From Bdellovibrionales bacterium (GTDB lineage Bacteria > Bdellovibrionota > Bdellovibrionia > Bdellovibrionales > JAGQZY01), in NCBI GenBank assembly GCA_964230645.1, contig CAXRHT010000002.1, positions 224,001 through 288,000 of the forward strand: a stretch of 64,000 nucleotides of DNA. Reading direction: 5' to 3'. Below are positions 1 through 8,228 of this stretch, piece after piece. Each line of letters begins with the position of its first letter. The first letter of the stretch is position 1. The translations under genes were made by a program, and so were the position numbers. The notes beneath the pieces are model-generated. The model ran no database searches. It was not told the origin of the DNA and saw nothing but the letters and a program-made list of their open reading frames with translations.

Positions 1-12
1 GGAGTTAAAAAC

Positions 13-1185
13 ATGTCCACCCATTCGAAATCCAACTATTCATCCTATTTTGAACCTCTCAGTGTGGGTTCACAGAAATTTAATAATCGTGTCTTTATGG
101 CGCCGATGACAAGAAATCGGGCCGACCACTCCAAAGGGACTCCTTCCGGGTTGAATGCTCTTTATTACACCCAACGAGCCTCGGCAGGGCTTATCATTTC
201 TGAAGCCACCCAGATTAGCCAAGAAGGTAAAGGTTACGCTTGGACCCCTGGAATCCACAACGAGGATCATGTTACTGGGTGGAGGACTGTCACGGAAGCG
301 GTCCACAATGCTGGAGGTAAAATCTTTTGCCAACTTTGGCATGTGGGTGCGATTTCACACCCAGTTTTTCAACCAGGTGAGGAAGCTCCCGTTTCCGCTT
401 CGCCATTTAAACCGGAAGGGAAAGCCTTTGTCGGCGACCATCATCCCGATGGCCCCCAAGTAGATCATGTGGAGGCTCGTGAACTGAAGAAATCAGAGAT
501 TCCAAGATTATTAGAAGACTATAAGAAGGCCGCTGAGTACGCCAAGAAAGCCGGCTTTGATGGAGTTGAGATTCACTGTGCCAACGGGTATCTCATCGAT
601 CAATTTATAAGAGATTCAGTCAATAAAAGAACGGATGAATACGGCGGAGAGGCTAAAAATCGCGTTCGCTTAATGAGCGAAGTGGTGGATGCTGTTTTAC
701 AAGTGTGGTCCGGTGATCAAGTGGGTGTTCGTCTTTCACCCATTGGAGGCCTTGGAGGCAGTTATGACTCAAACCCAAAAAATACCTACACCACCGCCGC
801 AAAAGCTCTCTCAGGTAAGGGCTTACTCTATCTTCATGTAATAAGGCCCAACTCCCATACTGCTAAAGGCGATGAGGATGGTAACGAAATCGTTAAGTCT
901 ATGAGGAAAGCCTTTGGCGGCTGTCTCGTGGTTAATGGCGAAATGAGTCCTGATGAAGGGCACAAATGGATTGAAAGCGGGGAGGCGGATGCCGTGAGTT
1001 TTGGTCGACTGTTCCTCGCCAATCCTGATCTACCCGAGCGCATCCAAAGAGGAGGCCCCTTTAATGAAGCCAAAAAGGATGATTTTTATGGCGGAGGCCC
1101 GAAAGGCTATATCGATTATCCCACGCTAAACAAGGTGGAGCCTCCTTACAAAGAAAAAACAACAGAACTAAGTCAAAGTCTTTAA
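13..1185 (+). CDS. Old yellow enzyme family alkene reductase (NemA/XenB-like)
   Basis: MAPMTRNRA, QLWHVG, EIHCANGYLIDQF, RTDEYGG and FGRLFLANPDL motifs; GGAG RBS at 1-4. Confidence 0.93.
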   Translation: MSTHSKSNYSSYFEPLSVGSQKFNNRVFMAPMTRNRADHSKGTPSGLNALYYTQRASAGLIISEATQISQEGKGYAWTPGIHNEDHVTGWRTVTEAVHNAGGKIFCQLWHVGAISHPVFQPGEEAPVSASPFKPEGKAFVGDHHPDGPQVDHVEARELKKSEIPRLLEDYKKAAEYAKKAGFDGVEIHCANGYLIDQFIRDSVNKRTDEYGGEAKNRVRLMSEVVDAVLQVWSGDQVGVRLSPIGGLGGSYDSNPKNTYTTAAKALSGKGLLYLHVIRPNSHTAKGDEDGNEIVKSMRKAFGGCLVVNGEMSPDEGHKWIESGEADAVSFGRLFLANPDLPERIQRGGPFNEAKKDDFYGGGPKGYIDYPTLNKVEPPYKEKTTELSQSL

Positions 1186-1205
1186 ACCAAGGAAAGGAAG
1201 AATTT

Positions 1206-2630
1206 ATGTTAAACCAAGAAAAAATAAACAATGAAAAAAGAAGAGTCACTAAAAGAAGTGATGACTACTATGAGTCCATCAACCCAAGCACTGAAAAAGT
1301 GATTGAGACTTATCCTTACGACACTCTAGCAGGGCTCACTGAGAAATTACAGGTGGCTCACGCCGCTTTCCAAGATTGGAGTCAGGTTGAAATTGAAGAT
1401 CGCATCACCCCTATCGAAAAGTTTGGTAAAATTTTAAAAAAGAGAAAAAAAGAATTTGCCCGAGCCATGACTGAGGAGATGGGAAAACTCTATAATCAGG
1501 GGCTTGCCGAGATCGATCTTTGTGTGGCCATCTGTGAACACGCCGTTAATGAAGGACCGGAGATTCTTGCAACCGAAGAAAAAACTCTTGAAAATGGTAG
1601 AGCACTTGTAGCCTATGAACCGCAAGGAGTTATTCTTTCCATTCAGCCCTGGAACTTTCCCTTTTATCAAGCCATCCGCTATGCCGTTCCTAACATTACG
1701 GCCGGAAACACCACTCTTCTAAGCCATGCACCCAGTGTATGGGGATGCGCAAGACTTGTCGAAGAGGCCTTTAAAGAAGCCGGACTTCCAGAGGGAGTTT
1801 TTCAACTTATCTATGCCAAAGACGATGACATTGAGAAACTTTATGAGCAAAGAGAGGTCAGAGGTGTCACCTTCACAGGAAGTGCTGACACGGGAGCGAT
1901 CGTTGCCGAAAAGGCCGGCAAGCACTTGAAGAAAACGGTGCTCGAGCTCGGAGGTAATGATGCTTATATTGTTACAGAAAGTGCTGACATTAAAAAAGCC
2001 GTGAAAGCCTGTACTCAGGGCCGAATCTTTAACAACGGTCAAACTTGTACTGCCGCCAAGCGTTTTATTGTCCTTGAGGGTGTCTTTGACGAGTTTAAGA
2101 AAGCTTTCGTTAAAGCCATCTCCGAAACACAAATGGGAGATCCTATGGAGAAAACCTCAAAGCTTGGTCCTATTGCTAGAAAAGATCTTCTCGATAAGCT
2201 CAACGATCAAGTGCAGGAGTCTTTAGATCTTGGGGCCACTTGTTTGACAGGAGGTCATGTGGCTAAGCGTGATGGTTATTTTTTCGAACCCACAGTACTT
2301 ACTGATTTGGAAGAGGGGATGCCAGCTTATGACGATGAACTCTTTGGTCCCGTGGCCAGTCTCATTAAAGCCAAAGATCTTGATGAAGCCATAGAAATCT
2401 CCAACAATTCAAAATATGGCCTCGGTGGAGGAATATTTGGTTCGGAAGAAGAGGTTGTGGAAGTGGCTAAGAAAAAGCTCGATACCGGGGTTGTTAACGT
2501 TAACGGCTTCAGCCTTGCTAAACCTCATCTTCCCTATGGAGGAGTAAAGGATTCGGGTTATGGTCGTGAGCATGGTAAAAGTGGTTTCAAAGAGTTTGTG
2601 AACACTAAAACCGTAATGATTCATCAATAG
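1206..2630 (+). CDS. NAD(P)-dependent succinate-semialdehyde dehydrogenase-like aldehyde dehydrogenase
   Basis: PWNFP, FTGS, LELGG, GQTC, ELFGPV and PYGGVKDSGYGRE motifs. Confidence 0.9.
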   Translation: MLNQEKINNEKRRVTKRSDDYYESINPSTEKVIETYPYDTLAGLTEKLQVAHAAFQDWSQVEIEDRITPIEKFGKILKKRKKEFARAMTEEMGKLYNQGLAEIDLCVAICEHAVNEGPEILATEEKTLENGRALVAYEPQGVILSIQPWNFPFYQAIRYAVPNITAGNTTLLSHAPSVWGCARLVEEAFKEAGLPEGVFQLIYAKDDDIEKLYEQREVRGVTFTGSADTGAIVAEKAGKHLKKTVLELGGNDAYIVTESADIKKAVKACTQGRIFNNGQTCTAAKRFIVLEGVFDEFKKAFVKAISETQMGDPMEKTSKLGPIARKDLLDKLNDQVQESLDLGATCLTGGHVAKRDGYFFEPTVLTDLEEGMPAYDDELFGPVASLIKAKDLDEAIEISNNSKYGLGGGIFGSEEEVVEVAKKKLDTGVVNVNGFSLAKPHLPYGGVKDSGYGREHGKSGFKEFVNTKTVMIHQ

Positions 2631-2656
2631 CTTTTGACTCAAAAAATTGGTTTTAG

Positions 2657-2690
2657 AAAGGGGCTTTTTAAAAAAGCCCCTTTTATATTT
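2657..2690 (+). terminator. Intrinsic terminator, probably bidirectional
   Basis: AAAGGGGCTTTTT / AAAAAGCCCCTTT inverted repeat followed by a T-rich tract, just after the dehydrogenase stop. Confidence 0.75.
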
Positions 2691-2780
2691 TTTACAGAAA
2701 ACACAGGGAAATGGCCTGAGAATTGACTCTAAACCCTTGGCTGGGTAGCTCTTTAATTAAGCCAAAAAAGGGAGTCATTT

Positions 2781-3359
2781 TTGCCACGAAGATTTTTGTC
2801 ATCCTTAATTCTTACTCTAGTAACCGTATTATCAGCTAACCTTAGCCAAGCGGAATTTGAACTTCCCACCAATTTATTTCTCAATGATTTAAGCTGGGGA
2901 AAGACAAGTCCCAGTCGACGAAACAAGGTCGGTATTCGCTGCACAGCCTTAAGAGATTTTGATAAATACTCCCTGCTTTTTCATGAGGACTCTGGAAATC
3001 TCACTCCCTATGTGAGACTCAATAGACGAGGCTCCTGTCGATTGGCTTTTGAAGAGTTTGAAGAATTACTCTCTGAAAATGAAGTTCTTTCCCAGGAACT
3101 CGCCTTTTTGATCGAACAAATTCCTGAACAAGTAGAATTAATCCTTTCTAACTTAAACCCTTGGAGAGTTCGCTCAACTCAAGTGCGAATTTTGGTACGT
3201 CCTGAGAAAGATAAGGAGCTATGGGGGATGAGTGGTCTTATTCAGGGGCTCACTTTGCAGTGGCCCCGAAAGTGGGATTTGGCCTTACATATTGAATTTC
3301 GCTTTTTCCGAGACGGGGAGAAACCTTTGACTCGGATCATTCCCTTAAGTGATCTTTAA
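2781..3359 (+). CDS. Hypothetical secreted protein
   Basis: 192-aa ORF, GGGAG RBS before a TTG start, signal-peptide-like N terminus. Confidence 0.6.
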   Translation: MPRRFLSSLILTLVTVLSANLSQAEFELPTNLFLNDLSWGKTSPSRRNKVGIRCTALRDFDKYSLLFHEDSGNLTPYVRLNRRGSCRLAFEEFEELLSENEVLSQELAFLIEQIPEQVELILSNLNPWRVRSTQVRILVRPEKDKELWGMSGLIQGLTLQWPRKWDLALHIEFRFFRDGEKPLTRIIPLSDL

Positions 3360-3928
3360 AGAGAGCTTGGGATCTCCGCGCAAGCGATTCTAGCGCCTGA
3401 GGCTCCCGAGGGTTGCGAGACAAAATCGTCAGGAAACTCGTGGAGTACCAACGAGCGCCCTAAAATATTGTGGAGCTTATTTCCAGTGATTGATATTTCA
3501 ATAAAGTATTGATTAAAAACGGCCACTCCTTTTTTATTAGCGACGACATTTCCCAAATCTCCGACATGATGCTCATCCGCTGAGGGGGCTCCATGGGAAT
3601 TTTTCTCAGGATTGAAATGTCCACCAGCGCTTTTGAAGTCAGCACTTGAGCAGTCGCCCTTTTCGTGAATATGAAAGCCGTGGCGAGAGTCAGGTTTCAG
3701 ACCTTTAAACTTGGCAACAATTTTTAATCTTTTCTCCTCCTGAACCATTTCAATTTCCCCTCTAACGGAACTCTCTTTTTTTGTTTGAACTTTTAAGTCC
3801 AAAGAGGGGAGACCATTGTCGGAAGTGAGATTTTGCTCACTAACTTTGCCAGTAGCAGCACAACCCATTATTAACAAACACAAAGAAAGGGCACTGAGGC
3901 CCCTCGAGTAATTAGAAATATTTTTCAT
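3356..3928 (-). CDS. sodC: Cu/Zn superoxide dismutase family lipoprotein
   Basis: HGFHIHE, SAGGHFNP, HxGDLGN, GRSLVLH and GARIAC motifs; lipobox IMGC. Confidence 0.93.
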   Translation of the reverse strand: MKNISNYSRGLSALSLCLLIMGCAATGKVSEQNLTSDNGLPSLDLKVQTKKESSVRGEIEMVQEEKRLKIVAKFKGLKPDSRHGFHIHEKGDCSSADFKSAGGHFNPEKNSHGAPSADEHHVGDLGNVVANKKGVAVFNQYFIEISITGNKLHNILGRSLVLHEFPDDFVSQPSGASGARIACAEIPSSL

Positions 3929-3946
3929 CGAATCCTCATTGCATAT

Positions 3947-4525
3947 TTAGTGAAAGGCGTGACGGAAACCAACAAGGACTGAACCAGCATCAAAGACATC
4001 TTGGTCAAGTCCCACATTCGGTGAACCTGGAAGACTTTTTTCTTCATCGTAGTTGAGAAGAAAGTTAAACCGGTACTCGACAAAGAAAGAAGATCCAGAG
4101 TTCTCCTCAGGCCCAACCAAAGCGCTTAGTCCAAAAGATACAGGAAGAACAAGAAGACTGCCATCATAGAGATCTTCACTCACGATCAATGTTCCAATAC
4201 CAATTTTGCTATAAGAAGAAAGAATATCTTTATAAAGAGCATTCTCTGATTGTAAGGAGACTGTGATTTCCGCAGTTGATTTGTCCTCATCAGAAATGGA
4301 TTGCATATCACGACCGACAATGTCGAGTGTTAAACGGGCAAAGGCCTTTTCATGCCAGTCGAATAAATAGGGTGTAAATCCACTGATCCTGTAAACACCT
4401 TCGGTGTAAGATTGGGACCCAGCCCCGTATTCAAAACCCCAACCATTAAGAGCTTCATTCTCACTGGATTGAGCCCAGAGTGAAGTTGAAAACAATGCTG
4501 CACAAATAGTAAGCAATAAACGCAT
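3947..4525 (-). CDS. Secreted or outer-membrane beta-barrel-like protein
   Basis: Signal peptide, alternating beta-strand pattern, aromatic residue near C terminus; CAGGAG RBS. Confidence 0.6.
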   Translation of the reverse strand: MRLLLTICAALFSTSLWAQSSENEALNGWGFEYGAGSQSYTEGVYRISGFTPYLFDWHEKAFARLTLDIVGRDMQSISDEDKSTAEITVSLQSENALYKDILSSYSKIGIGTLIVSEDLYDGSLLVLPVSFGLSALVGPEENSGSSFFVEYRFNFLLNYDEEKSLPGSPNVGLDQDVFDAGSVLVGFRHAFH

Positions 4526-4741
4526 AGATATCTCCTGTTTTTATATTCCAGAGTTAAGATTACGAGTATCCATGCTTTAGAACATAGTCATCAGGTGTTT
4601 AAATTGTGTAAATCTCTTTAAAAATAAAGCCAGCAAGTGTGACTCATTATTAACAATGTCTCAAACTCCGCAAAAAGTAACATGAGCCCTTTTATGACAT
4701 TCTTGTGAGCACGTTGAATACTAAATGAAAGGAATCATTTT

Positions 4742-4876
4742 ATGGCTAACTCAAACAAGAACTACAGCAGTGATGGTAGAAAAACAGGAAAAAAAGGTTT
4801 ACCCAATGACAAAAACGAGCGTCGTCCTTCAGAAAAGCGCGATTCCTCTAAAACCCAGCACACAAAACAGTCGTAA
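4742..4876 (+). CDS. Small hydrophilic basic protein, 44 aa (MANSNKNYSSDGRKTGKKGLPNDKNERRPSEKRDSSKTQHTKQS)
   Basis: AAAGGA RBS before ATG 4742; open frame to TAA 4876; terminator follows; below the ORF-track cutoff. Confidence 0.6.
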   Translation: MANSNKNYSSDGRKTGKKGLPNDKNERRPSEKRDSSKTQHTKQS

Positions 4877-4906
4877 AAGACCTAAAGCTTTGAAAGCTGT
4901 TTTTGT

Positions 4907-4941
4907 AAAAGGCCCAATCTTTCAAGATTGGGCTTTTTTAT
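4907..4941. terminator. Bidirectional intrinsic terminator
   Basis: AAAAG-GCCCAATCT-TTCA-AGATTGGGC-TTTTTT between convergent genes. Confidence 0.8.
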
Positions 4942-4945
4942 TTCA

Positions 4946-5842
4946 TTAAAACACAACGGCGGGCAATTCAGGAACTGTTCGAGGTGCGCCATATTCGTGG
5001 CTTGGTAACTGAGGAACCTGCGGATCGGCGGGAATAAAAGGCGTTCGGTAAGAACTTTGTCGATGATCACAAGTCGCTGAAAAGTTATTTTCGCCAAAGG
5101 TTTCCTTCATAAATTCGAGAGCTTTTTGGCAAGAGCGATCTTGAGTTCTGCCGCCTAGAGAATCAAAGGCTTGAGGCATTGTCACGTAAGCGGCAATGAC
5201 TTCCGCAATTTCTTCCCCACGATCTCTGGTACAGTAGTTTGTTAACCGGCAAACTTCCCCATTCATATGCTGGAGATATTTGTTCATGATCTCAGAGTTA
5301 TTGTTTCCGGCAATATAGTGACCTATCTCATGGGCGATCAGGGCATGATTGTCTTGTCCACCACAGGAACTGGTGTGACCTGTCCCAGTTTGATTTTGAT
5401 TCCCACCAGTCAGTTGAATTTGGTTTCCTATACGTCGAGAATTGGTAGCCGTAGACTGAGGATTGGCAAAAACGATTTCAATAGGATCACCATCTTCTAG
5501 GGCAGTCATGCGGCCGTCTCCTATACGATCAATAGCCTCAACCACTCGTGCCACAGCCACAACTCTAGGGTCATTATAATCAGAGAAAGGTTGCATATTT
5601 TGGGCTCGCCCTCGCTCTTTCGGATTGTTCCCTGTATAGAGTTCGATATTATTGCGCTGAAGCAAATTGGGAATGGACTGGGGGGTACCTTGGGCTAAAC
5701 ATCTTCCAAGACCCGCATCGGTATTCAGCTTAATAAGGTCTCGGCAATTATTTTCGTTGGCATTTTCTAAGGAACATCCATAAGCCGAGTAGACTTTTGC
5801 AGAACTCAACAGAACAAATAAGACCACAAAAAACCGTTTCAT
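4946..5842 (-). CDS. Secreted Cys-rich protein with zincin-like HEXXH motif
   Basis: Signal peptide; IAHEIGHY followed by EEIAE; several Cys. Confidence 0.65.
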   Translation of the reverse strand: MKRFFVVLFVLLSSAKVYSAYGCSLENANENNCRDLIKLNTDAGLGRCLAQGTPQSIPNLLQRNNIELYTGNNPKERGRAQNMQPFSDYNDPRVVAVARVVEAIDRIGDGRMTALEDGDPIEIVFANPQSTATNSRRIGNQIQLTGGNQNQTGTGHTSSCGGQDNHALIAHEIGHYIAGNNNSEIMNKYLQHMNGEVCRLTNYCTRDRGEEIAEVIAAYVTMPQAFDSLGGRTQDRSCQKALEFMKETFGENNFSATCDHRQSSYRTPFIPADPQVPQLPSHEYGAPRTVPELPAVVF

Positions 5843-6069
5843 AGTATCCCCCCGGCTTACTTTTAATTTTAAGACACTTCCTTTCTTATCCCAAACAGTT
5901 AGAGCCTTTCGAAGAGTTTGTGTTTCAAAAGGGGACAGATGGCAGGCCTTTCTTACTCAGGTCGAGTTTAGACCTTGTTTTCTGGATCGCATAAAAGCTT
6001 TAAGTTTCGGAAATGGCTGGTTTTTTAGCTCGGTGGGCTGGACCTTTCTCAAAAAGAGGTCCGGTAATC

Positions 6070-6098
6070 TTGACTTACTTACATATAACTTACATATT
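6070..6098 (+). promoter_or_regulatory. Sigma70-like promoter (TTGACT-N17-CATATT) overlapped by direct-repeat operator ACTTACATATAACTTACA (6077-6094)
   Basis: Direct repeat ACTTACATAT at 6077 and 6088; same motif at 31110-31127 and 57760-57777. Confidence 0.75.
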
Positions 6099-6124
6099 TA
6101 AAGTCTTAAGAGGGGAACAGGTCT

Positions 6125-6766
6125 TTGATGAATCCAGCCGCTTTGTTTTTAAAAGAAGAGGACAGAAGAAAGCTTTGTCTGCTTGAGGATAAAAAAGAAC
6201 TCAATGCAAAAGAGCTTGAGAGCCCGCAAACCCCTTTGGCTTCTTTGAATGCTTTCCTAAAAGCACAGAGCTTTAAACACCAGCTCAGTGAGTGGGGTAC
6301 ACCCCATGGGAGTTTTTCAAAGCTCTTACCAAGCCTAATCGCTGCAAGCTTACAAAAAGAAGTTCTATGGCTGAGTGACCAGCAGGACTCGCTTATCTAC
6401 CCGCAAGCCTGGCGGGAGTTGCACTTTGATTTGAATCAAATTTATTTTTTAAGAGAAAAACGTGTTTTACGCAGTCTTCGCACCTTAATTCGTGAAGAGA
6501 GCTTTTCTTTTATTATGATCGACTCTCATCACTTCTTTTCAAAATCGGACCTTCACTTTTTGTCGCAATCTGCCCGCTCACAAAGAATGACTCTTTTTCT
6601 TTTTCGTCCTTATTTTCTAAGTGCCAAAAAAGGCAATCCCTTTTGTCGATTGCGTCTGAATAGCTCTTATGAGCTATCCAGCCAAAAGTTTCATTTATCT
6701 TTTATTAAAGGCGGGGAGAGAAAACGACATTTTAAAGCAAGCTTTGGTGAGGTTTTTAGTGGCTAA
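6125..6766 (+). CDS. imuA: ImuA-like (RecA/SulA-fold) mutasome accessory protein
   Basis: First gene of the cassette ahead of dnaE2; LSEWG..P.G degenerate P-loop, VLWL, YPQAW and hhhhD motifs. Confidence 0.65.
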   Translation: MMNPAALFLKEEDRRKLCLLEDKKELNAKELESPQTPLASLNAFLKAQSFKHQLSEWGTPHGSFSKLLPSLIAASLQKEVLWLSDQQDSLIYPQAWRELHFDLNQIYFLREKRVLRSLRTLIREESFSFIMIDSHHFFSKSDLHFLSQSARSQRMTLFLFRPYFLSAKKGNPFCRLRLNSSYELSSQKFHLSFIKGGERKRHFKASFGEVFSG

Positions 6767-8228
6767 GCTTCTCTCCCTTTTTAATTACGAAAAATCAAAA
6801 GAGGTTTTTCTTCCTTATCTGATCTTCTCAAGCTCTCAAAAAAAGAACCTCGACTTTCTCTCACCAAGCCTTATGAGAATCAGTGAAGACCTTTTTGTGA
6901 TCGATCTACAAATCACCCAAAGCTATTGGGAGAAACGAGCCAAAAAAGAGAGCAAAGAGCCCCAAGAACTCATTGAAGAAGTGTTTCAGTCTTATTTGCC
7001 TGAAAGTCCAATTCAACTCTTTTGCGAGCATCCTTTTCAAGGTCTTGTTTTTTTTCTTTATCTTAAAGAGCAAAACTCCAAAGGTTTTTTTAGCACTCAC
7101 TCCCTTTTTGCCCGTAAAATTTATGACAATATGGGTTGGCACTCTTGGATCTGGGCGGCTCGCCTGATCAATGACTGTTTTGAAGACAATAACTCCCTTG
7201 TTAAAGATAGAAAAAACTTCTCGTCTCAACTAAGACGTTTTTTAAGCTTTATTGAACGCACCGACCTCACTGAATTTTCCGACCTTAAACAGGCTCACTT
7301 TCACGAGATCCAGCGCCGCTTCCAAGGTTTTCTTGGGAAACTTTGGCTATGGAGCTTCCCGCAAGCCGAAGAAAGCGAAGACCTCAGCCTTTTTTCCCAC
7401 TACGAAAAACTAAAAGGCTTTGCTTGGATTCCCTATGAAAACAGTCCTAAACCACAGACTAAGACCTGGCTTGAGTACCCCTTGTCTTACTGGGAGGAGA
7501 TTAAACCTCTTTTGCTTTGTGATTTTGAAAAGCTAAGTCAGAAAAAAGAGCTACAAAGTCCCTATAAGCTTTTAAACATTGAATGGAGCTTTACTCTTTA
7601 TGATCTCAGTCAGCTTAAACAAAGTATTCCTTTCAAACATCCTCTTTGCCTCAGTTTAGAAAGGAAAAAGGATTTTGCCACTCTTACAGGTCAGTTCTCC
7701 TTTGCCTTTGAACAATTCAAAGAAACACTCAAAGAGAAAAATCATGATCTTGACGTTATTAACACCCCTCTTATTCTGGGATGGACTCTTAAGGTTTCTC
7801 AAAGGGTGCAAATTCGCGAGAAAAATCAGAATTTTATCTTTGAAAGTAATAGTGAAGTCCAGAGTAGTGCTGAGGAGCTAAAAGAGCTTAATAACAAATT
7901 ACAAAAGCCCCTTGAGTCTTATGTCGCTTTAGAGCACTTTATCCCCGGTCTTGATTTTATCTCTCAAGACCTCCACGAGAATGACAATCCTCTTTTTAAT
8001 GAAAAGCTTTTAATGCCAAAGCCTTTTTACCTATTTCCAAAGGAAAGAAAACTTTCGGCCTCTGAAATTGTCAGTTCGCAATTTCTTGATCGCAGCAGTC
8101 AAGACTGGTGGAACAGGGAAGAGACTTTGGATTCTGTGCGCGACTGCTTCATTTGCCAATTAAAAAATAAAGAGCTTGTCTTTGCTTTTCGCAATTTTCA
8201 AGGAGAGTGGTTCCAGTATGGCTACTAG
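6759..8228 (+). CDS. imuB: Highly divergent ImuB-like (inactive Y-family polymerase) protein
   Basis: Position between imuA-like gene and dnaE2; EIQRRFQG; C-terminal DWW..RDxF..W tail typical of ImuB; start inferred at GTG 6759 (GGTGAGG RBS). Confidence 0.55.
   Translation: MAKLLSLFNYEKSKEVFLPYLIFSSSQKKNLDFLSPSLMRISEDLFVIDLQITQSYWEKRAKKESKEPQELIEEVFQSYLPESPIQLFCEHPFQGLVFFLYLKEQNSKGFFSTHSLFARKIYDNMGWHSWIWAARLINDCFEDNNSLVKDRKNFSSQLRRFLSFIERTDLTEFSDLKQAHFHEIQRRFQGFLGKLWLWSFPQAEESEDLSLFSHYEKLKGFAWIPYENSPKPQTKTWLEYPLSYWEEIKPLLLCDFEKLSQKKELQSPYKLLNIEWSFTLYDLSQLKQSIPFKHPLCLSLERKKDFATLTGQFSFAFEQFKETLKEKNHDLDVINTPLILGWTLKVSQRVQIREKNQNFIFESNSEVQSSAEELKELNNKLQKPLESYVALEHFIPGLDFISQDLHENDNPLFNEKLLMPKPFYLFPKERKLSASEIVSSQFLDRSSQDWWNREETLDSVRDCFICQLKNKELVFAFRNFQGEWFQYGY

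Noticed and set aside
4725..4949. 74-aa track ORF
   Set aside because: No RBS and it runs through the terminator; the 44-aa ORF at 4742-4876 is better supported.
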